This document shows positions 39,182-48,140 of a DNA stretch of 64,000 nucleotides, piece by piece; position 1 is the first letter of the stretch; every line of letters starts with the position of its first letter. This stretch comes from an uncultured virus (IMG/VR IMGVR_UViG_3300020183_000049). Lineage: Duplodnaviria; Heunggongvirae; Uroviricota; Caudoviricetes. The stretch lies in the IMG/VR virus record IMGVR_UViG_3300020183_000049; one strand, given 5' to 3'. The notes beneath the pieces are model-generated. The model had not been told where the DNA came from, did no database searches, and saw nothing but the letters and a program-made list of their open reading frames with translations. A program made the position numbers and the translations under genes.

Positions 39182-40411
39182 ATGAAAGAGTATTTATCAT
39201 TATCTGAAGCTTCCGAACTAATTGGAAAAAGTAAAGAAACATTAAGACGTTGGGATCGTGATGGACAATTAATTGCTATCCGAGAACCAATATCAAACAA
39301 TAGAGTTTACAGAAAAAAAGACATTCAATTATTGATGGGGGAACTTTTCAATGAAGAGCTTGAAAATGAGTTTTCTAATTATGTTAAACCAGAAAACGAA
39401 TATACAGTTTTAGAACTTTTTGCTGGTGCTGGTGGATTGGCTGTTGGGCTAGAACAAGCTGGTTTGAGATGTGTGGCACTTAATGACGTGGATAAATGGG
39501 CTTGTCAAACATTAAAAAATAATAGACCTAGTTGGAATGTTTTAGTTGGAGATGTGAAAGAATTTGATTTTTCAAAATATTATAATAAAGTTGATGTTGT
39601 TACTGGTGGGTTTCCATGTCAAGCGTTTAGTTACGCTGGAAAAAAATTAGGGTTTACTGATGCCAGAGGGACTTTGTTTTACGAATTTGCAAGAGTAATT
39701 AAGGAAGTTAATCCATTGATCTGCATCGGAGAAAATGTTCGAGGTTTGTTATCTCATGATCAAGGTAAAACATTACAAGGGATGATTTCAATTCTTGATG
39801 AGATTGGATATAAAGTTGTTCCAGTTGAGGTTTTGAAAGCAATAAATTTTAAGGTTCCTCAAAAAAGGGAAAGGTTAATCTTAGTTGGAATTAGAAAAGA
39901 TATTGATTTAAAGTACAATTATCCAAAACCACATAGAAAAGTTTATAATTTAAAAGATGCTTTGAAAAAAGGGGAATTGTTTGATCAAGATGTACCAAAA
40001 TCAATAGGTGCTAAATACCCAAAAAGTAAAATTGATGTATTAGATTTAGTTCCACAAAAAGGATATTGGCGTGATCTTCCACTAGAAATTCAAAAAAAAT
40101 ATATGGGTGGAAGTTTCCACCTCGGTGGTGGGAAAACAGGAATAGCAAGGAGAATCGGTTGGGATGAACCTTGTCTGACATTAACGTGTAGTCCAACACA
40201 AAAACAAACAGAAAGGTGTCATCCAGAGGAGACAAGACCATTTACTGTAAGAGAATATGCAAGAATACAAACATTCCCAGACGATTGGGAATTCAATGGC
40301 TCAATCGTTCAGCAATACAAACAAATCGGGAACGCAGTTCCAGTAAATTTAGCAAAAGAAATTGGGTATTCTGTTGTTAATTTTTTGAATACTTATTATT
40401 CTACTATGTAA
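39182..40411 (+). CDS. dcm: DNA (cytosine-5) methyltransferase with N-terminal MerR-type HTH
   Basis: SKETLRRWD HTH; ELFAGAGG, GFPCQ, ENV, QKRER and GNAVP; resembles the Eco47II/Sau96I group. Confidence 0.92.
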   Translation: MKEYLSLSEASELIGKSKETLRRWDRDGQLIAIREPISNNRVYRKKDIQLLMGELFNEELENEFSNYVKPENEYTVLELFAGAGGLAVGLEQAGLRCVALNDVDKWACQTLKNNRPSWNVLVGDVKEFDFSKYYNKVDVVTGGFPCQAFSYAGKKLGFTDARGTLFYEFARVIKEVNPLICIGENVRGLLSHDQGKTLQGMISILDEIGYKVVPVEVLKAINFKVPQKRERLILVGIRKDIDLKYNYPKPHRKVYNLKDALKKGELFDQDVPKSIGAKYPKSKIDVLDLVPQKGYWRDLPLEIQKKYMGGSFHLGGGKTGIARRIGWDEPCLTLTCSPTQKQTERCHPEETRPFTVREYARIQTFPDDWEFNGSIVQQYKQIGNAVPVNLAKEIGYSVVNFLNTYYSTM

Positions 40412-40519
40412 AATTAAATTTATTGGATTTTTCAATTTCTTCAGTCAACAATTTCAAAACCTCGTTGACTTTCGATGATTCTCTTTGTATATTTGTAAAA
40501 AATTTAAAATAATTTAATT

Positions 40520-40690
40520 ATGAAAAACTTATTTACAACAAAAAACATGATTCTATGTTCTGCGGTATTATGTATATTCTGGGCAGAATGGATTTATTTA
40601 GTAGAACAAAATCATTTGAAAGCAATTTTCGTTGGTCTTTGGTCTCCCACAATTTTAGGACTTCTCAACTATTTGAACTCTAAAAAGTAA
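40520..40690 (+). CDS. 56 aa two-TM protein (not in ORF track)
   Basis: MKNLFTTKNMILCSAVLCIFWAEW...AIFVGLWSPTILGLLNYLNSKK; TATATTTG at 40488. Confidence 0.6.
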   Translation: MKNLFTTKNMILCSAVLCIFWAEWIYLVEQNHLKAIFVGLWSPTILGLLNYLNSKK

Positions 40691-40809
40691 AAATGGATAT
40701 ACTTACAGTTTCAACATTTATTAGTGTTTTATTTGTATGTTGGGTTATTCGAGATCCTAAAGTTATAGGAAAACTATTTGAAAAATAATTGTATTTTTTT
40801 TTAAAAATA

Positions 40810-40891
40810 TTTGGAAATATCAAATTTCTTTTGTATATTTGTAAAAGATTTTTGGTTCATACCACGCATTAAAAATCGATCGTTCTTTGAA
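40810..40891 (+). promoter_or_regulatory. Bacteroidota-type promoter plus boxA-like element upstream of the large ncRNA
   Basis: TTTG-N20-TATATTTG; GTTCTTTGAA at 40882. Confidence 0.7.
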
Positions 40892-40903
40892 ATTTTAAAA
40901 ATT

Positions 40904-41700
40904 TGGGTCGTCTATGATCCTTAAATAAACCACGAAAGTGGTATAAAGTGATCCATTGGGTTAGATGGGTTGCGGCTTTCGAAAGAGAGCTCGAGTAGAC
41001 AAACGAGATATCGTTCGACCTTGAGTAACGAGGGTAACACTGTAGTAAAAATGGTAAAACGAATGGGGGAAGCGGTTCCTTCATTTGAGGTGGGAACACC
41101 AATAAGAATAACTCGTAGGATTTTTGTGAGAAACATGGTCATCCAACTATGCGATCGCGTAATTCAATATGATGGGAACCTTAAAACCTAAAGGTATGAT
41201 ATTGTACAGGTGGTGCTGTTAATGTCCTTGACATGAACCTACCAAGGTTCATTTCTTGAAGGAGTCCAAAAATATGGAAATCGGGAGATTTCAGAGGGTA
41301 GTTTAGTATCGTGTCGTTCAAAAGATGACATGGCTGGTTGATGAGCCACTACCTTCATTATCCGCAAGCCAAAAAACTAGTTATTTATGTTAACGACATC
41401 TAATAAAAAGGGAAAGTGCTCATCAGTCGTCGGAAACAGGTGACTACTTAGTAATGAAACGTTCATTGCCGTAAAGGGCTCCAAACCCGATACGATTTTT
41501 AGGAAAGTCCTCTAACCTCGCAAGGGTTAATTGGGAAGGCATTCTCGAGGAGTGATAAGTATTAAGAGAGTATTCGATGACTCAAGGATTGGTTAATCTA
41601 ATTGACCGTCACTGGTTGGTACAACTCAAAAGGTTGTGGATATAAAGGGAAACAATAATCCTTTTAAAGTCAACTAACAAAACATGTAATCTCAGTGTTT
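40904..41700 (+). ncRNA. large structured ncRNA, GOLLD-like
   Basis: ~800 nt with no credible ORF; many hairpins (ACCAC-GAAA-GTGGT, GCTTTC-GAAA-GAGAGC, ATGAACCT/AGGTTCAT, TAACCTC-GCAA-GGGTTA). Family assignment rests on size, phage context and recalled motifs only. Confidence 0.7.
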
Positions 41701-41702
41701 TT

Positions 41703-42359
41703 TTACTTCGGCTTTGTCACAAATTCAGTACGTTCTTGTTCATCTGGATAGAGTGCATTGTAACCTACATCGTACGCTACCGTAGGTGCCACAATATTTA
41801 CACCAGTCCACTTCACAGCTTTTCTCGGAAATCTTTTGATGGCTTGTTTTATGGCTGTCTGTCTTGCGTTTTCTTTTGCTTGTCGTAAAGTTATGTCTCC
41901 ATATTTTTTTAACTCATTTTGGATAAGTTGTTTATTTTGAGTTATTTTTTTTACAACTTCTGCTTCTGCTGGAAATAATTTTTGACCTAATTTAATTTTT
42001 CTTGCTATGGGTATAAGTGTTTTGGCCGTCCATTTACCTAAACCAAGTTTACCCAAAAGTCCAGCACCCGGTAATAGACTAAACATTCCCACTAACCCTG
42101 CGGTATATTTATCACCTTCATCCATATACAATTTTGCGTCAGCTAAACCTATACCCGCAGTTAAAAGTGGCCCAACATAAGGAACAAAGGCTAAACCAAT
42201 ACCAAGTATCATATTCCTTGTATGTGGGTCTAAATTTTGTAGTGTTTCTGTTGAGTATTGTGCGTAATTTTGTGGACTTGCCATTCCACCCATACTTTGT
42301 TCCTCTATAACCCTTTTAATTATAGATCTGAGTTCGGATTCAGTTAGTTGAATTATCAT
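41703..42359 (-). CDS. LTESEL-leader protein; paralog of 33004-33840
   Basis: Near-identical DNA blocks shared with 33004-33840. Confidence 0.8.
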   Translation of the reverse strand: MIIQLTESELRSIIKRVIEEQSMGGMASPQNYAQYSTETLQNLDPHTRNMILGIGLAFVPYVGPLLTAGIGLADAKLYMDEGDKYTAGLVGMFSLLPGAGLLGKLGLGKWTAKTLIPIARKIKLGQKLFPAEAEVVKKITQNKQLIQNELKKYGDITLRQAKENARQTAIKQAIKRFPRKAVKWTGVNIVAPTVAYDVGYNALYPDEQERTEFVTKPK

Positions 42360-42363
42360 TTTG

Positions 42364-42987
42364 TTATCGACCAGCTTGAGATAATATTTTTGCAACTACT
42401 ATTTCATAACTTTCTATAGTCTCCTGAAGAGTTTTTCCAGCTATTTGATAATATTCAGGGGTACGAATTATTCTCTTTAAGTCAATAAGGTGTTGATAAA
42501 TTAAACCCAAGTCTAGAGGCTTATTAAGGGGTGTTTCTATAAGATTATTAATACGTTCTAGATGACTTTTGAGAAGTGTCGCTCCGTCTGATTTTGAAAA
42601 CGATTGTCTAATTTTATCATTGTATAATTCATTAAATTGAAACCATTTACGATCAAAGTGTTTGAGTTCATTCTGAACAAATTGATTATTTTGTATTCTA
42701 CCACTTTGTTTTAATAATTCTCCAACATGTTTATTAAAAACACTATTAGAAAATGGATTGAATTGACCACCACCTAATATTTGAACTTTTTGAGGATTCA
42801 ATTTACGTCCTAATGCACGACCAGCCTTATCCACAAATTGTTTTGCATATTTAAATCCTTTTTTTAAACCCTGTCCAATGAATCTTGCTGGTTGTTCATT
42901 AATCATTTCAGAATTAATTGCTCCTTTGTGCATTTCCAAAATTCTATCTTTCTCATCTTGACTGATGTCATTGAATAAATGTTTCAT
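42364..42987 (-). CDS. MKHLFN-leader hypothetical protein
   Basis: MKHLFNDISQDEKDRILEMH...MINEQ. Confidence 0.75.
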   Translation of the reverse strand: MKHLFNDISQDEKDRILEMHKGAINSEMINEQPARFIGQGLKKGFKYAKQFVDKAGRALGRKLNPQKVQILGGGQFNPFSNSVFNKHVGELLKQSGRIQNNQFVQNELKHFDRKWFQFNELYNDKIRQSFSKSDGATLLKSHLERINNLIETPLNKPLDLGLIYQHLIDLKRIIRTPEYYQIAGKTLQETIESYEIVVAKILSQAGR

Positions 42988-43081
42988 AATTTTTTTTCTG
43001 TATAAATATTTACAAGACAAAAAATATCAATTGACGGTTTTTTTTTTTATTCGATATATTTATACATGAAAGTATAAAATT

Positions 43082-43573
43082 ATGAAAAAAATATATCTTA
43101 CAGAATCAGAGTTAGTTCGTTTGATTAGCAATGTAATCAATGAACAACAAATGAATCCATTATTTAACATAGCGATTCCTCAATTAATTTTTCAAGGAAA
43201 TCCACAAAATCAAAAACAAATAGTTTTAAGTGGTACTTACACCGATAGTAATGGTAATTTAAAAAAAGAATTACTTAAATATAATGTTGCAGGATCATTA
43301 GGACTACTAAGCTTTGATGTCAACTTAAAAAATTTTCAAAGAGCCAAAAATGGTGGTCTATATGTAGAAGCTCAACCAGATAATTCGGTTGTTAAGTCGG
43401 CGGTGGCCACACTTATACCTAAAAATGATCTCACAAAGGATGGGTACATAATAAGTTATGTTTCTCCAGAACAATTACAAGGAGGTATTAATCAATTAAA
43501 AAAGAATAGCGGAGCATCTGCCGAAGTAGATGCTGGTCATGGTGTAAAACTAAGATTAACATACGCTAGATAA
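43082..43573 (+). CDS. LTESEL-leader hypothetical protein
   Basis: MKKIYLTESELVRLISNVINEQ; ATATTTAT at 43056. Confidence 0.75.
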   Translation: MKKIYLTESELVRLISNVINEQQMNPLFNIAIPQLIFQGNPQNQKQIVLSGTYTDSNGNLKKELLKYNVAGSLGLLSFDVNLKNFQRAKNGGLYVEAQPDNSVVKSAVATLIPKNDLTKDGYIISYVSPEQLQGGINQLKKNSGASAEVDAGHGVKLRLTYAR

Positions 43574-43609
43574 TAGAATATCACAAATAGTTTAAAAAAT
43601 TAAATGACA

Positions 43610-43662
43610 CCCCATTCACTTAGAATGGGGTTTTTTTATTTATTATTGGTACAGATATTTAT
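43610..43662 (+). terminator. terminator followed by ATATTTAT motif
   Basis: CCCCATTC/GAATGGGG plus T-run, then ATATTTAT at 43655. Confidence 0.75.
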
Positions 43663-43668
43663 AGATGT

Positions 43669-44556
43669 ATGTCAAAAGAAATCAGAGAACAAATAGATAA
43701 GGTAAGAAATTGGAAACCAATTTTAAATGAGGTGATCGATGCCAGTGAGGCTTACACCGATGAGGGTGCGATTCAAACTGTTCTGGATGGAAAGAGAAAC
43801 GTGGGGTATGTTCAGTTAACGTCAGGTCAGATTAAAGATCTCAAATCAAAAGGTCTGAATATAATTCCAGTTTTCCCCAAGCGTAGTAAAGTTAGAAAAG
43901 AATACATCAAGAGTTTATCTTCTGGTGGTTGGGGTAAAGCGGGTGCTACGTATTTTGCGGACGTAAGTTATATCATTTACAATAACCAGGGGGAGGATGA
44001 TGCTTACAAGTTGTATGACTATATGAAAGCCCGTCAAGGTTTTGTCAGTGACAATACTCCCGATGAGGCTCGATACATAGGTAAGTTATTGGGTTATAGT
44101 GACAAAAGTGTTGAAGAATTTGTTCGAAAAAATTATTTTACAACCAATAAAGAATTTGAAAATAAAAGTGTAAATAACGATATATTAACACCCGATTATT
44201 ATCTTGAAGATTTCTACGCGATGGACGGGTTAGATTTTTATACTGAAGATCGTGCAAAAGAAAAAATACAAACGGTAATAGACTATGTGTTGAATATTCA
44301 ATATCCTCTAAAGGTTTACCGAGGAATCAACACAATTAATCCACGAAAAGATTATGAAGGGGGTTCTTGGACGACAGAAGTTCAAGTAGCTGAGGGTTTT
44401 GGTAATAAAATATATGTGGGATTAATACCAAACCAAAATGTTATTGATGTGGAACAAACAATTAGAACAAGAACTATGAACCCATACGAATTCGAAATTT
44501 ACGTTCCAAACTTTGAAGATGTTGAAATTTTAAATACTTACGAAAAAAAAAGTTAG
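43669..44556 (+). CDS. two-domain protein with C-terminal R-S-E ADP-ribosyltransferase-like domain
   Basis: VYRGI, GSWTT and YEFEI; leader ending ILNE. Confidence 0.6.
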   Translation: MSKEIREQIDKVRNWKPILNEVIDASEAYTDEGAIQTVLDGKRNVGYVQLTSGQIKDLKSKGLNIIPVFPKRSKVRKEYIKSLSSGGWGKAGATYFADVSYIIYNNQGEDDAYKLYDYMKARQGFVSDNTPDEARYIGKLLGYSDKSVEEFVRKNYFTTNKEFENKSVNNDILTPDYYLEDFYAMDGLDFYTEDRAKEKIQTVIDYVLNIQYPLKVYRGINTINPRKDYEGGSWTTEVQVAEGFGNKIYVGLIPNQNVIDVEQTIRTRTMNPYEFEIYVPNFEDVEILNTYEKKS

Positions 44557-44610
44557 GGAATTGAAATATAGAAATTTTTTTGTATCTTTGTAAGACTAAG
44601 CCTCAAAACA

Positions 44611-45159
44611 ATGACACAAAAATCAAAAGTTCTTGTACCTCCAACCCAGTTTTATGTGTTAACCCAAAACAATAGTGGTGGTTCATTCGTGACTAATGAC
44701 AAACTTTGTCACAGATTGATTATCGAGGGTAAGTCAGAAAAGGAAACTATTTCAATTGCCGAGGATTTGGGTTGTTATTGGGATGGTTGTAACCTAGGTA
44801 TGGATTGTTCTTGTTGTGGTGATCGTTGGTATCCATCACTAGATGTCATCGATCTTGAGGATATGAACACGAAACGGAAAGGTTACGAGATCTCTAAATG
44901 GTTGGGTGGTGGTACAAAAGAAAGTGTTCAGGAAGATGTTGTCATTCAAAATTTGAAGAGTCAATACCCTAGTGCTACTTGGTTAGTTGAGCCAATCGTT
45001 GAAGAAAAATATGGGTCACTTAGGGTTACAGGTCCTATTAGATTGGACAGTATTGAGCAGTATGCACAAATCATGGCCAACCTTTACGGTTGGACAAGTC
45101 CCGATTCCAGAATTTTTTACAAAGATGGTACAATCAAGGAAATTTATCAACAATCATGA
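44611..45159 (+). CDS. conserved phage hypothetical protein
   Basis: QNNSGG...DCSCCGDRW; TATCTTTG promoter at 44583. Confidence 0.75.
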   Translation: MTQKSKVLVPPTQFYVLTQNNSGGSFVTNDKLCHRLIIEGKSEKETISIAEDLGCYWDGCNLGMDCSCCGDRWYPSLDVIDLEDMNTKRKGYEISKWLGGGTKESVQEDVVIQNLKSQYPSATWLVEPIVEEKYGSLRVTGPIRLDSIEQYAQIMANLYGWTSPDSRIFYKDGTIKEIYQQS

Positions 45160-45246
45160 CCACTACTAATCACCTTATTTGTCCAAACAACATCACATAT
45201 TTCATTAAATTATTTTTTCAAATATTTATGTATAAAATACACATTT

Positions 45247-45522
45247 ATGTCAAAGGTAATAAGATTAACCGAGTCTGATTTAATCAGAATTGTTGAAAAA
45301 GCAATCAAAGAAAAAAAAATGACACGAAACGAAAAATTGGAACAACTCGATAAAATAGTTCAGGGATATGGTTTATTCTCTAACAAGGGTGTAATAAGGA
45401 CATATGATGCATATTGTAAATTTAAAGAAGACAATCCAAATTACAATAACAAATCATTGGATCAACAATTGACTGCAAAGAAAGAAGAACTTAATTTTAA
45501 AGATTCAAAACCAAAAAAGTAG
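45247..45522 (+). CDS. LTESDL-leader small protein
   Basis: MSKVIRLTESDLIRIVEKAIKE; ATATTTAT at 45222. Confidence 0.7.
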   Translation: MSKVIRLTESDLIRIVEKAIKEKKMTRNEKLEQLDKIVQGYGLFSNKGVIRTYDAYCKFKEDNPNYNNKSLDQQLTAKKEELNFKDSKPKK

Positions 45523-45587
45523 TGTGAGGATTGAACCGCAAAGTGTCAAAAATTTTTTCAAACAAAAACAACACAATTAAAAAAAAT

Positions 45588-48020
45588 ATGAAATTTATCG
45601 TACCCCTCAGTGAACTTTCTTTGAGGGATTTACCCAAAGTAGGTGGTAAAAATGCGTCTTTGGGTGAAATGATCCAACATCTAAAGCAATTAGGTATCAG
45701 AGTCCCAGACGGATATGCCATTACCGTCACCGCTTACGAAGAGTACATAGACCATAATGGCTTTAGGGAACAGATTAGAAACTTGGTGGAGGGAATAGAC
45801 CCCGAAAATATAATGGATTTGCGTAAAAAGGGTAATTTGGTTAGACAACTCATCCGTAACGGCGTTTTTCCGCCGCAGATTGAACACGAGATATGTCAAG
45901 CCTACAATTCCTTGTCCGAGCAATACGGGCAGGATATGACCGATGTGGCGGTACGTTCCTCTGCTACGGCTGAGGATTTGCCAGACGCGTCCTTTGCTGG
46001 GCAACAAGAAACATTTCTGAATGTCAGGGGTCCACAGTCATTGTTGGATTCTGTACGACATTGTTTTGCTTCCCTTTTTACGGATAGAGCAATTGTATAC
46101 CGACATCAATTTGGATTTGATCATTTTGCAGTCGGTTTGTCGGTATGTGTCCAAAAAATGGTACGTTCCGATTTGGCGGCCTCAGGGGTCGCTTTCTCCT
46201 TGGATACTGAATCAGGGTTCAAAGATGTAGTCGTGATTAACGCATCCTACGGTTTGGGAGAGTTGGTGGTTCAAGGGGCAGTTTCGCCCGATGAATTTAT
46301 TTTGTTCAAGCCCTCCTTGTTGCAAGGTTATTCCGCCATTGTGGAAAAAAAGCTGGGTCAGAAAGATCGTAAAATGATTTATGGAGATGACTCAGGTAAG
46401 CTTACCAAGATCGTTAATCTTTATCCCGATCAACGAAATCGCTTCAGTATCAGCGATGAGCAGGCTTTGGAAATTGCACGTTGGGTGTGTATCATTGAGA
46501 AGTACTATTCGGAACTCAAAGGTCAATGGTGTCCGATGGATGTGGAATGGGCTGTGGACGGTTTGACAAGAGAACTTATGGTGGTTCAGGCAAGACCAGA
46601 AACCATACATTCTAATAAGGACAAGGAAACCTTGGTGGAATATCGACTGAATTCGGATGCAGGGGAACCCTTGGTGCGTGGTGTTGCTGTGGGAGATGGT
46701 TTGGCAACCGGGGAGGTGGTTGTTATGTACGGCTTAGATGGTAGGGATGGTAGTATGGATGCGGCCTCCTTTGTGCCTGGTTCCGTTCTAGTGACCGAAA
46801 TGACTGATCCCGATTGGGAACCCATTATGAAGAAGGCCTCCGCAATCGTCACCAACAAAGGTGGACGAACTTGTCATGCCGCCATTGTAGCGAGGGAAAT
46901 GGGATTACCAGCTATAGTGGGTAGTTTAGATGCTACAGAAAAACTCTCACCTGGCCAGAAGGTCACTGTGTCTTGTTGTCAAGGGGATATTGGTATGGTA
47001 TTTCCTGGTTTCTTGGATTACACAATCGTGGAAACTCAATTGAACGAATTGCCGCAAGTCAAAACCCAAGTAATGCTTAATGTAGCTTCACCTGATATTG
47101 CCTTCAAATTTGCATTACTACCCCATGCTGGTGTTGGATTGGCTCGGGAGGAATTTATCATTAATAATTTTATCAAAGTTCACCCTCAAGCTTTGTTGGA
47201 ACATCATAGTTTAGGAGATACCGCATTATCTGAAGAAATTGCCGTACTAATGCGTGGGTTTCCAGATGAAGAGACTTATTTTATCAAAAAATTGAGTTAT
47301 GGAATTGCTCGAATAGCCTGTGCCTTCTACCCACAGAAGGTCATTGTTCGATTATCGGACTTCAAAACCAACGAATATAGAAATTTGCTTGGAGGTCAGT
47401 ATTTTGAACCTGAAGAAGAGAATCCTATGATAGGTTGGAGAGGTGCATCGAGGTACTATTCCAAAGATTATCGAGCAGCATTTGGGATGGAAATCAAAGC
47501 AATACGAAGGGTACGTGAAAAAATGGGGCTTAGCAATGTCGTGGTTATGATTCCTTTTTGCAGAACGGTGGAGGAGTTGCTCAAGGTTTACGAAGTCATG
47601 GCAGAAAACGGTTTGCGTAGAGGTGAAAATGGTTTGGAAATATATCTAATGGCGGAACTACCTTCCAACATAATAATGGCTGAGGAATTCGCTGTTCATA
47701 TCGACGGGTTTTCCATTGGGTCCAACGATCTGACTCAATTAACACTGGGTCTTGATCGAGATTCCGCTTTGGTTTCTCATCTTTACGATGAGCGTAATCC
47801 AGCAGTCAAACGATCGATCTCCCAATTAATCCAAGTTGCTAAAAGGACAGGAACCAAAGTCGGTATTTGTGGTCAAGGTCCATCGGATTATCCAGATTTT
47901 GCCACCTTCCTAGTCAGGGAAGGTATTGATAGTATATCTGTAACACCAGATTCATTACTCAAAACGCTCAGGGCTTTGGCTCAAGTGGAGGCGGAATTGG
48001 CATCGGAAACCAATTCCTGA
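45588..48020 (+). CDS. ppsA: phosphoenolpyruvate synthase
   Basis: VGGKNASLGEM, RSSATAEDLPDASFAGQQ, GGRTCHAAI, GFSIGSNDL and GICGQ; GC-richer than flanks. Confidence 0.97.
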   Translation: MKFIVPLSELSLRDLPKVGGKNASLGEMIQHLKQLGIRVPDGYAITVTAYEEYIDHNGFREQIRNLVEGIDPENIMDLRKKGNLVRQLIRNGVFPPQIEHEICQAYNSLSEQYGQDMTDVAVRSSATAEDLPDASFAGQQETFLNVRGPQSLLDSVRHCFASLFTDRAIVYRHQFGFDHFAVGLSVCVQKMVRSDLAASGVAFSLDTESGFKDVVVINASYGLGELVVQGAVSPDEFILFKPSLLQGYSAIVEKKLGQKDRKMIYGDDSGKLTKIVNLYPDQRNRFSISDEQALEIARWVCIIEKYYSELKGQWCPMDVEWAVDGLTRELMVVQARPETIHSNKDKETLVEYRLNSDAGEPLVRGVAVGDGLATGEVVVMYGLDGRDGSMDAASFVPGSVLVTEMTDPDWEPIMKKASAIVTNKGGRTCHAAIVAREMGLPAIVGSLDATEKLSPGQKVTVSCCQGDIGMVFPGFLDYTIVETQLNELPQVKTQVMLNVASPDIAFKFALLPHAGVGLAREEFIINNFIKVHPQALLEHHSLGDTALSEEIAVLMRGFPDEETYFIKKLSYGIARIACAFYPQKVIVRLSDFKTNEYRNLLGGQYFEPEEENPMIGWRGASRYYSKDYRAAFGMEIKAIRRVREKMGLSNVVVMIPFCRTVEELLKVYEVMAENGLRRGENGLEIYLMAELPSNIIMAEEFAVHIDGFSIGSNDLTQLTLGLDRDSALVSHLYDERNPAVKRSISQLIQVAKRTGTKVGICGQGPSDYPDFATFLVREGIDSISVTPDSLLKTLRALAQVEAELASETNS

Positions 48021-48090
48021 AACTTTACCTCGTAAGAGAAGTCATTTCTTTATCTTAGAAGAGAGGCATATAGACTTAATCCTTACAGAG

Positions 48091-48115
48091 AACCCTATTT
48101 ACGTAGGGGGTTTTT
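48091..48115. terminator. repeat-family terminator hairpin
   Basis: AACCCTA..TAGGGGGTTTTT between convergent genes. Confidence 0.7.
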
Positions 48116-48140
48116 ATTGTTCCAATTTTTTTACATAAAA

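Noticed and set aside
40869..41191. Three short overlapping ORFs
   Set aside because: They overlap each other inside the hairpin-rich RNA and show no protein motifs.
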